Numbered from the stretch's first letter, positions 1 to 6,973 are shown. The stretch is 12,131 nt of DNA from an uncultured Pseudomonadota bacterium (GCA_913020725.1 CAJWCD010000112.1:1-12131), one strand, 5' to 3'. The notes: generated from the letters alone by a model not told the origin. Translations and numbers: made by a program.

Positions 1-32
1 TTGTACACATTTTTCAATTGAACGTCTGCCAT
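1..32 (-). CDS. 5' end of a probable carbohydrate/glycerol-3-phosphate ABC transporter ATP-binding protein (MalK/UgpC-like), truncated by the window edge
   Basis: Minus strand reads AGAAGGG-ctcc-ATG GCA GAC GTT CAA TTG AAA AAT GTG TAC AA = MADVQLKNVY(K), matching the typical MAxVxLxNVxK N-terminus of MalK/UgpC/MsmX ATPases, with a purine-rich RBS-like stretch. Only 10 full codons are visible. Confidence 0.5.
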   Translation of the reverse strand, partial: MADVQLKNVY

Positions 33-122
33 GGAGCCCTTCTGTTGTCAAAATTCACAAACGTAACAATTATTAAGGAATCCTCCAGAAAAATCAACTC
101 CCCTCGCTTTGGTAACAGGTCG

Positions 123-145
123 TCCTCTGGTGATGAACCAGAGGA
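123..145. other. Perfect 9-bp stem-loop 21 nt downstream of the hydrolase stop codon
   Basis: TCCTCTGGT-gatga-ACCAGAGGA. No U-tract follows on either strand, so it is not a canonical intrinsic terminator. It may be a stabilising, pause or processing hairpin. Confidence 0.55.
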
Positions 146-166
146 ATCTCCTATAATTCCTGAAAA

Positions 167-1714
167 TCAATAGCGCGGCCCCTTCCAGTGCTGCATTTCT
201 CCGGACTTGTAGCTGATGTTCGCGAGAGTGCGGTCGCGGTGGTTCATCATCCACGAGAGCATTTTTTGCGCATACTCCCGCACTTGCGGTTGGCAACCCG
301 GATCGTCCGCGAGGTTCTGGAATTCGTGCGGGTCGTCTTGGAGGTCGAAGAGCAGTGGCGGCAGTGCGGTGCAGTGGACGTACTTGTAGCGGTGGTCCCG
401 GAGGACGGCAAGTGAACACTGGTCCGGATACAACCCGAAGCGCTTTTGAATCTGTGACTGATAGCTGGAGATTTCACGGAAATCGTACTCCCAGTGGATC
501 TCGGTGCGCCAGCGTTCCGGCGTTTTGCCGCGAAGGAAAGGAGTCAACGGAACCCCGTCGCACTGCTCCGGCACTTCAAGTCCGAGCCAGTCAAGGATCG
601 TTGGGGTGGTGTCAATGGTTTCGGTGAACGCCTCAATCTGGTGGCCCCGTGTGCCGTGGGCCTGCGGATCACGGACGATGAGGGGGATGTAAAAGCCGCC
701 GTCGAAGTAACCGCGCTTGTCGAAGAGGTAGTGGTCGCCCAGCTGCTCGCCGTGATCCGTGGTGAAGACGATGAGGGTGCGCTCGTCCTGCCCGGATTCG
801 CGGAGGTAGTCGAAGAGGCGGCCAAGGTTGTGGTCCACCTCGGTCATCATGCCGTAGTAAGTCGCCCGTGCTTGCAGCACATCGCGTTCATCCGCAAACG
901 CGGCAGGGCCATCGCCGTTGGGAAAGAACTCCTTGCGGGGCAGCACCTCGTGCAGCATTTGGGTGACCGGATGCTGCGAGCCTTCCGCTTCGAGCGATTC
1001 GCGGCGCACCGGAAGGGGAACGCTCTCTGGATCGTACATGGAGTTGTACGGTTCGGAGACGGACCACGGCGGATGCGGGGGAAGGTAGGAGAGGTGCGCA
1101 AACCACGGCTCGTCCTCGTGGGTGCCCAGCCAGCCGAGCGCGGCATTGGTGAGGAAGGCGGCGAGGCTGTGTTCCTTGGCGTAAATTGGCGGGGGGAAGG
1201 TCGCGCCCCGGTTTTCGGCTCCGGGGTAGTTCGGTCTGGGTAAAAAAACGTTCTCGTGGGTGAGCCGCCCGTAGCCGTGGCGCTGGAGGTGCGCGAGCCA
1301 CGGTTTGATGTCATCGGCGATTTTCAGCACAGGCGTGATGCCGGGCAACAGTCCCTCGTAAGTCCGGAGCTTGGGATCGTGCTGCGGCAGCCCGCGTGGG
1401 TCCGCCGAGATGTCGGTGTAGCCGAAAAGCACAGGGTCGTATCCAGCCTTGCGGGCTTCGAGCGCGATGTTCGTGAAACACCGGTCCAGGGGAGTGCCTT
1501 GGTTCACGGAGCGGTGGTTCATGAGGTACATCCCCGTGTGCAGCGAGGCGCGGGCGGGTCCGCACGGGACGGCTTGGGTCCAGTGGTTGCGGAAAAGCAC
1601 GCCCTCGGAGGCCAGACGATCAAGATTGGGTGTTTGCACCAGCGGGTGGCCGACGGCCCCCAGCGTGTCGCCGCGCCACTGATCGGCGGTGATAAAAAGA
1701 ACGTTGCAGCTCAT
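167..1714 (-). CDS. Sulfatase-like hydrolase of the alkaline phosphatase superfamily, phosphonate monoester hydrolase/phosphodiesterase (PMH, PehA-like) subfamily, 515 aa
   Basis: Start reassigned to ATG 1714 (MSCNVLFITADQWRGD) because the longer ORF overlaps pheS. Motifs: DQWR metal site, TPNLDRLA, VPCGPARASLHTGMYLMNHR (CxPxR formylglycine motif), PHPP, DHGEQLGDH, WRTEIHWEYDFR, YKYVH..LPPL.FDL..DPHEF.NLA, YAQK.LSW. These follow the PMH family closely along the whole length. No signal peptide is seen. Confidence 0.9.
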   Translation of the reverse strand: MSCNVLFITADQWRGDTLGAVGHPLVQTPNLDRLASEGVLFRNHWTQAVPCGPARASLHTGMYLMNHRSVNQGTPLDRCFTNIALEARKAGYDPVLFGYTDISADPRGLPQHDPKLRTYEGLLPGITPVLKIADDIKPWLAHLQRHGYGRLTHENVFLPRPNYPGAENRGATFPPPIYAKEHSLAAFLTNAALGWLGTHEDEPWFAHLSYLPPHPPWSVSEPYNSMYDPESVPLPVRRESLEAEGSQHPVTQMLHEVLPRKEFFPNGDGPAAFADERDVLQARATYYGMMTEVDHNLGRLFDYLRESGQDERTLIVFTTDHGEQLGDHYLFDKRGYFDGGFYIPLIVRDPQAHGTRGHQIEAFTETIDTTPTILDWLGLEVPEQCDGVPLTPFLRGKTPERWRTEIHWEYDFREISSYQSQIQKRFGLYPDQCSLAVLRDHRYKYVHCTALPPLLFDLQDDPHEFQNLADDPGCQPQVREYAQKMLSWMMNHRDRTLANISYKSGEMQHWKGPRY

Positions 1715-1772
1715 GACAAGATTTGGGAAAGGTTCGGACAGTGCCGCCCGGACGCGATGTGAAGAGTTCGGC

Positions 1773-2792
1773 TCAGAACTGTTGCAGGAAGCGCAGGTCG
1801 TTGCCGTAGAAGTAGCGGATGTCCTGGATGCCGTGCTTGAGCAGGGCAGGACGCTCCACACCCATTCCGAAGGCAAAGCCCATCCACTCCTCCGGATCGT
1901 AGCCGCCGTTGCGCAGCACGACAGGATGCACCATGCCGGCCCCGGCGATCTCCAGCCAGCCCGTTTGCTTGCAGAGGCGGCAGCCCGCGCCTTCGCAACT
2001 GCAACTCATGTCGATCTCAATACTCGGCTCCGTGAAGGGGAAATAGCTGCCCCGGATGCGCACCTCGCGCTCCGCCCCGTACATCTTGCGGGCGAACTCG
2101 GACATCACACCAATGAGGTCAGTGAGCCGGATGTGCTTGCCGAGGGCAAGCCCTTCCACTTGAAAGAACTGGTGTTCGGAACGCGGCGTGATCTGCTCGT
2201 AGCGGTAGCATTTGCCGGGCAGGATCACACGGATGGGATCAGGGTAGTATTCGCGCATCGCCCGGATTTGTCCTGGCGAAGTGTGGGTGCGCAACAGCAC
2301 CTCATCGTTCACCCAGAACGTGTCCCACATATCGCGGGCGGGGTGGTATTCCGGAATGTTGAGCAACTGGAAGTTGTACTCGTCGGTTTCCACATCCGGT
2401 GCTTCATAGACCTGAAACCCCATCTCCCCAAAAATGCGGTAGATTTTGCGCAGAGTCTGGGTGGTGAGGTGCAGGTGCCCCGCACTGACTGGGCGTCCGG
2501 GCAGGGTCACGTCCAAGTCATCTTCGCTGAGTTCACGCTGCAACTGCTCCGTTTGCAAGGACTGCTGCCGGGCGTGGAAGGCGTCTTCGAGCGTCTGCTT
2601 GACCTCGTTGACCACCTTGCCCATTTTCGGACGCTCTTCCGGAGCCAGCCCCCCCATCTGCTTGAGTTGCTGGGTCAGTTCGCCTTTGCGGCCCAAGTAG
2701 CGGCGGTACCACTCTGGAAGAGCAGCGGGAGAGTCAAGGCACTCCAGTTCCTGCTCGGCCTGTTGCCGAAGTGCGTGGATGGCTACAATCAT
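1773..2792 (-). CDS. pheS: Phenylalanine--tRNA ligase alpha subunit, 339 aa
   Basis: N-terminal coiled coil with YLGRKGELT, then LDVTLPG, GHLH (motif 1), HPARDMWDTF, LLRTHTSPGQIR, PGKCYR (motif 2), YFPFTEPS, WLEIAGAGMVHP, GFAFGMGVER (motif 3), and C-terminal DLRFLQQF. Confidence 0.98.
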   Translation of the reverse strand: MIVAIHALRQQAEQELECLDSPAALPEWYRRYLGRKGELTQQLKQMGGLAPEERPKMGKVVNEVKQTLEDAFHARQQSLQTEQLQRELSEDDLDVTLPGRPVSAGHLHLTTQTLRKIYRIFGEMGFQVYEAPDVETDEYNFQLLNIPEYHPARDMWDTFWVNDEVLLRTHTSPGQIRAMREYYPDPIRVILPGKCYRYEQITPRSEHQFFQVEGLALGKHIRLTDLIGVMSEFARKMYGAEREVRIRGSYFPFTEPSIEIDMSCSCEGAGCRLCKQTGWLEIAGAGMVHPVVLRNGGYDPEEWMGFAFGMGVERPALLKHGIQDIRYFYGNDLRFLQQF

Positions 2793-2812
2793 GTCGTTTA
2801 GCGGTTTAGGGT

Positions 2813-3931
2813 TTAGGCTGTAGGGGACACCTCGCCAAGCTCTGAAACAGCTTTTCGGAATCCCTCCACATCGTCAAGCTGACGCTCCAGTCGTCGGCAA
2901 AATTGTGGAAATGAAATGCGGTGGCTGCTACGGGGCTCCAAGGACGCTTGCGTGAAATCTTGGGGATCAACCTCCTGAGATTTGAGCCAATCCAACCACA
3001 ACTGGAAGCTTTGGTACTCCTCCGGCTTGGGCGTGGGAGGTGGTTCCGGCGGCTCCGTTTTTTCCGACTCTTCCGGATCCGGAGCGGATTCGGGTTCGTC
3101 AAAAAGCCTGGTGTCCACCCCATCCTGCCGCAGTTGCTCAAAGCGGTCGAGGTAGTGCTGAAGCTGATCCTGCGCCGGATCATCCCGCCCACGGCGCAGC
3201 AAGCGGTATCCAAACTGCCGGAACGAAATCGCATGGCTGCTCGAGACCCGGAACTCGCCGTCAATTTCCTCGGCGAGCGGGATGTCCAGTGCCTCCAACT
3301 GATCACACCACGCATTGAAATTCAGGTACGTCTCACGAAGTGGAACGTACTTCGGCTCCGGAACCGCAGGAACTTCCTCTTTTTTCGACTCCGGGGTTGC
3401 AGGCTGATGTTTGAGTTCGCGTTGCAAGAGTTGGGGGCTGAGCAGCGGAGTCCGGGGGGGGCTGGCACTGACGAAAGTGGGAACCGGAGCGAGGCGATGC
3501 GCGGTTGCGAATGGACTGGGCGTGAGCGGCGAGGTGCCACGCAGTTGCTGCTGGACCACATGAATCTGATCCACCAGCCGTGCCAATTCGGTCTGGAGCG
3601 AGTTGAGGTCCAGGGAATCCAAACCTCCGGAGCCGGAGTTTTCCTTGAGTTGCTTGGGAACGATCTGCACCTGATGGCGCTGCAACCATGCGGGAGACCC
3701 CAGCCGGGACAGCCAGTCCGGATGCGGCTCCAAAACCGACTCGGCGTGTTCCAACCAGAACTGGTAGGGCACTTTGCTGCTGGCATCGAGCGTTCCCGGC
3801 GGCGGCGGCGCAAGCTCGCAGCCTGCGGTAGCGAGCCACTGGTTCCACTCCGCCCAGGTCCGGCGGGTCTCCTGAGAAACCCAATGCCGCTGAAGCTGTT
3901 GCTCCAGCCGTTGCAACAGATTGGAGGTCAT
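2813..3931 (-). CDS. Hypothetical protein, 372 aa, with two clear and one degenerate copy of a ~45-aa aromatic-rich motif separated by Pro/Glu-rich linkers and a short coiled coil
   Basis: Fills the lpxA-pheS gap co-directionally (14-nt and 20-nt spacers) and shows internal protein-level repeats. No family recognised. No signal peptide or TM helix is evident. Confidence 0.8.
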   Translation of the reverse strand: MTSNLLQRLEQQLQRHWVSQETRRTWAEWNQWLATAGCELAPPPPGTLDASSKVPYQFWLEHAESVLEPHPDWLSRLGSPAWLQRHQVQIVPKQLKENSGSGGLDSLDLNSLQTELARLVDQIHVVQQQLRGTSPLTPSPFATAHRLAPVPTFVSASPPRTPLLSPQLLQRELKHQPATPESKKEEVPAVPEPKYVPLRETYLNFNAWCDQLEALDIPLAEEIDGEFRVSSSHAISFRQFGYRLLRRGRDDPAQDQLQHYLDRFEQLRQDGVDTRLFDEPESAPDPEESEKTEPPEPPPTPKPEEYQSFQLWLDWLKSQEVDPQDFTQASLEPRSSHRISFPQFCRRLERQLDDVEGFRKAVSELGEVSPTA

Positions 3932-3945
3932 GCCCGATGCACTCG

Positions 3946-4722
3946 TCAGCGCTTCACACTGCCCTTGGTTTCGGAAACAAAGTCGAGAAACCTTCGCACT
4001 TCCGAGGTGTCCCCGAAAGTTTCCTCGATGATGCGGATGGCCTCGTCGGCCTTGAGATCTTCCCGGAAGTAGATGCGGTGCGATTCGAGGATGTTGTTGA
4101 TCGCCGCTTGAGAAAAGCCGTGGCGCTTGAGCCCAACGATGTTGACACCCTTGACCTCGAAACGGTTGCCGTAGCCAGTGACATAAGGGGCAACATGCCC
4201 ATCAATCAGCGAAGCCCCACCCGTGAAAGCGTAGGAACCGATGCGCAAAAACTGCGCGACTCCATTCTGTCCGCCAAGTGTGACATAGTCTTCAATCGTG
4301 ACATGGCCGCTGAGTCCCGTGTAGTTAGCGAGGACGTTGTGGCTGCCAATGTGGCAATCATGGGCGACATGGACGTAGCCCATCAACAGGTTGTGGCTGC
4401 CCAGCGTGGTGCAACCACCACCGCCCTGGGTGCCTCGATGCACCGAAACGCCTTCCCGGAAGGTGTTGTGGTCCCCAACGAGCACCTGCGTGTCCTCGCC
4501 GTGGTACTTGAGGTCTTGCGGCTCCCCCCCGACGTAGGAGAAGGGGTGGAACACGTTCTGCTCACCAACGGTGGTGTTGCCAGCAAGCACGACGTGCGAG
4601 TGCAGGAGGCAGCCCGCGCCGAGCTTCACTTGCGGGCCAATCTGGCTGTACGCGCCAACGATGACATCGCTGCCAAGTATCGCGCCATCCTCAATGAGGG
4701 CGGTGGGGTGGATTTTGCTCAT
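3946..4722 (-). CDS. lpxA: Acyl-ACP--UDP-N-acetylglucosamine O-acyltransferase, 258 aa
   Basis: Start at ATG 4722 (MSKIHPTALIEDGA). Hexapeptide repeats, GGEPQDLKY, REGVSVHRGT, HVAHDC (catalytic His), LSGHV, and GVNIVGLKRHGF leading into the helical C-terminal domain. Confidence 0.96.
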   Translation of the reverse strand: MSKIHPTALIEDGAILGSDVIVGAYSQIGPQVKLGAGCLLHSHVVLAGNTTVGEQNVFHPFSYVGGEPQDLKYHGEDTQVLVGDHNTFREGVSVHRGTQGGGGCTTLGSHNLLMGYVHVAHDCHIGSHNVLANYTGLSGHVTIEDYVTLGGQNGVAQFLRIGSYAFTGGASLIDGHVAPYVTGYGNRFEVKGVNIVGLKRHGFSQAAINNILESHRIYFREDLKADEAIRIIEETFGDTSEVRRFLDFVSETKGSVKR

Positions 4723-4750
4723 GGATATCAGGCATGTGGTCAAGTCCAGT

Positions 4751-4778
4751 ATTGTCCGAGAACGGGCTGGAAAGTCAA
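4751..4778 (-). promoter_or_regulatory. Candidate sigma70-type promoter for the lpxA run
   Basis: Minus strand TTGACT (4778-4773) - 16 nt - GACAAT (4756-4751), ending 28 nt before the lpxA ATG, in the divergent intergenic region. Confidence 0.4.
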
Positions 4779-4892
4779 GGGAAACTCCAGAGGTTCCGAT
4801 CAACCCTAGCCCCGCAATCTCAGAGTTTGGGGATGCGGTTCACGAATTGCATTTCTGTAGGTTGTCGAAGACTGCGAACTCTGAATTTACAA

Positions 4893-5507
4893 ATGTTGAA
4901 CCGTCTCCTGTCCCTGCTGTTCCTGCCCCTGTCGGCGGTTGTCGTGTCGGCGGAAACCGTACACCTCAATGATGGTAGCACCCTTCATGGTAACATCCGA
5001 GGCATGGATGACCAAAGGATCGTCCTCGAATCTCCGCTCACGGCTCAAGAACTCAAGGTGGAGCGTGCTGACATCAGCATTATCGAGTTTGAGGGCAATT
5101 CTCGGAGCCTCGTCCGCCGCCTTGGGATGGGCTTGATTTACCGCCCCAGCACGGGCGAGGAACACCTTTCCCTCAAAAACTGGCTGGATGACACCAACGC
5201 GCTGGAACTCGTCATCCGCTATGTCAGCAAAAGCATTTCGTCCCAGAGTCGCTTCAACCTAGAAGGTCGCCTGTCTCACGTTTACCTTGCCAAAAACCGC
5301 TTCGACCTCTTCGTGGGCGGTGGTTTGGGATTCGCCAGTTCAGGAAGCGAACGAGGCACCATCCTCAAAGCCTTCAGTGGTGCCGAGTTCTTCATGATCT
5401 CGCTCCCGGACTTCAGCTTTGGCGCAGAGCTGGGCTTCATCAGCCGCAGCAAGGTGGACGAAGAGCAGAGCCTCTACAACGCCTTCACCGCCCGCTACTA
5501 CTTCTGA
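4893..5507 (+). CDS. Exported protein, probable small outer-membrane beta-barrel with an N-terminal small beta domain, 204 aa
   Basis: Start at ATG 4893 gives a Sec signal peptide (MLNRLLSLLFLPLSAVVVSA|ET). It is followed by a VHLNDGSTLHGNI-type small domain, alternating amphipathic strands (LGMGLIY, FDLFVGGGLGF, FSGAEFF, FSFGAELGF), and a C-terminal ARYYF BamA-type signal. Confidence 0.75.
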   Translation: MLNRLLSLLFLPLSAVVVSAETVHLNDGSTLHGNIRGMDDQRIVLESPLTAQELKVERADISIIEFEGNSRSLVRRLGMGLIYRPSTGEEHLSLKNWLDDTNALELVIRYVSKSISSQSRFNLEGRLSHVYLAKNRFDLFVGGGLGFASSGSERGTILKAFSGAEFFMISLPDFSFGAELGFISRSKVDEEQSLYNAFTARYYF

Positions 5508-5513
5508 CCCGTC

Positions 5514-5951
5514 ATGGGTCACAAGCCCCCCTCTGGTCTCTCCTTCGAGTTCTCCGCAGACGATGACCGTCTGATGGAATCTGCCCTCCGGAACTCTGAG
5601 CTTCCGGACGGGGACCCCGATGAACTTCCTGACGACCTGCTCATCTCCCCACGCAAATCCAAGCGCAAATCCTCGCCCAAGCATCCGGACGAAACCATTG
5701 ACCTGCACGGCAAGACGCAGGAAGAGGCGATTCGGATGGTGCAGAATTTTGTGAAAACCAGCCACACGCATGGTTTGCGCAACGTCCTGATCATCACCGG
5801 AAAAGGACTCCACTCCGGAACGCAGGGACCCGTTCTCAAGCACTCGGTGGAGCAGTGGCTCCAGCGCAACGGCACCCCCTACCTTCAGGAATTCCACGAC
5901 GCCCCTTCCCGGCACGGCGGCTCCGGAGCGATCTGGGTGCGGCTCAAGTAG
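5514..5951 (+). CDS. Small Smr/MutS2 C-terminal domain protein (putative endonuclease), 145 aa
   Basis: IDLHG, VLIITGKGLHS, PVLK..V..WL and APSRHGGSGAIWVRLK are hallmark Smr-domain motifs, preceded by an acidic then basic N-terminal extension. Starts 6 nt after the upstream gene. Confidence 0.93.
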   Translation: MGHKPPSGLSFEFSADDDRLMESALRNSELPDGDPDELPDDLLISPRKSKRKSSPKHPDETIDLHGKTQEEAIRMVQNFVKTSHTHGLRNVLIITGKGLHSGTQGPVLKHSVEQWLQRNGTPYLQEFHDAPSRHGGSGAIWVRLK

Positions 5952-5975
5952 GTCAGCCACGGATCACGCGGATTA

Positions 5976-6001
5976 TAGTAAAAGTCATTAATAACCGTAC
6001 A
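5976..6001 (+). repeat. IS630 terminal inverted repeat, transposase 3' side
   Basis: TAGTAAAAGTCATTAATAACCGTACA, 21/26 identical to the reverse complement of 6974-6999. Confidence 0.9.
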
Positions 6002-6815
6002 GTCGAACAATGTTGTCAATGGGAGCGCCGGCGGCAGATAAGCCCGGATTTTTTTGAGGTTTGCGAAGTGTTTCTCGATGGGGTTGAAATCGGGAGGCAG
6101 GAAGCTGAGTTCGTGCCCGCTTCCCTCGATGAGTTCCCTAGTTTTCCGGGTTTTGTGGAAGGCGGCGTTGTCCATGATGATCAGAGATCCGGGCTGAAAC
6201 TCCTTCAGGAGTTGTTCCTTGAGGTAGTGGTTGAAAACGTCGTCGTCCAGGCTCCCCTCAAAAAGGAGTGGGGCGAAGAGCCTCTTTCCCTTGACGGTGG
6301 CCGCGACGAGATTGGTCCTCGGCCTGCTTTTCCCGCTACGCTCCCCAAAGACCTTGCGGCCCTTGGGGGCCCATCCGTGAGGGCGGTGGGTGGTGCGCTC
6401 AAACCCGGTCTCGTCAAGGTAGACCGCGCGGTCGGGACAGAGCTTCAGCTCTCTCTCAGGCCCGACAAGTACCTGATCCTGCTTGCGGAATCCCTTTCGC
6501 GGTAGCGGGTCTGTTTTTTTTTCGGGTCGCCCCCATCCGCTTGAGGGCGTGCCGGATGGAACTCGTGCTCACCCGGAAGTGGGCCGCCCGCTCGCGCTGA
6601 AGGGCATCGGGATGCTCCGCGACGTGCCGCTCAAAATCTCTGCGGTCCAGCTTGCGGTGGCGGAACCCGCCCTGGCTCGGTGAGAGGTCTGCCCGGTTCA
6701 GCCACGAGTGCAGGGTCGAGCGGCTGATGCCGAACAGGCGGCACGCCGCGCTCTTGCTGTCTCCGGATTGCACGCGGGCGATCACCCGGCGGCGGAAGTC
6801 TGTGCTGTAGGTCAT
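5988..6815 (-). pseudogene. IS630-family transposase, degraded (programmed A9 frameshift site plus additional lesions)
   Basis: OrfA from ATG 6815: MTYSTDFRRRV..AACRLFGISRSTLHSWL..RKLD..HPDA..RERA..TRKK. The -1 frame after A9 gives KKQTRYRERD..R but stops at TGA 6447-6445. The catalytic frame has VYLDETG, GWAPKG, IIMDNAAFHK and FLPPDFNPIE, the last lacking the YSP of the LPPYSPDxNPIE consensus. The 3' end at TAA 5990-5988 is inferred through a further 1-nt shift. Confidence 0.85.
6514..6522 (-). other. A9 slippery tract (programmed -1 frameshift or transcriptional slippage site) of the IS630 transposase
   Basis: T9 on the plus strand. Minus strand CGA AAA AAA AAC sits at the RKK junction between the HTH and DDE halves, where IS630 members commonly frameshift. 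Confidence 0.75.
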
Positions 6816-6973
6816 CTCAAGCTCTCGGTTGAGGGAGGCGGCCACCCCGGAAGCCCGCCCCGATCACGATGGCCCGGCACCCCATCTTGAGGGGCTGATC
6901 CACAACAAGGGCTGGACGGAGTCGAAGCTGGGCTGACCGAAGTTTCACCCGGCTTCCTCCAGGGTCTTGAAAG

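Noticed and set aside
1715..1876. 54-aa N-terminal extension of the hydrolase ORF in the ORF track
   Set aside because: It overlaps the pheS 3' end in another frame and is Ser/Thr-rich noise. Family similarity starts at MSCNVLFI (1714).
2796..2816. Three GTTTAG copies (CTAAAC on the coding strand) upstream of pheS, resembling a TTTAGGG telomere-type repeat
   Set aside because: Only 21 bp with irregular spacing, and one copy includes the upstream stop codon. Too short to distinguish from chance.
4837..4851. GG-N10-GC with TTGCA upstream of the beta-barrel gene, a possible sigma54 promoter
   Set aside because: The -24 element (CGGTTC) departs from TGGCAC, and the spacing match alone is too common.
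5855..6505. 216-aa plus-strand ORF spanning the IS end
   Set aside because: It is the antisense shadow of the transposase catalytic frame and crosses the TIR into the Smr gene, so it is not a credible gene.
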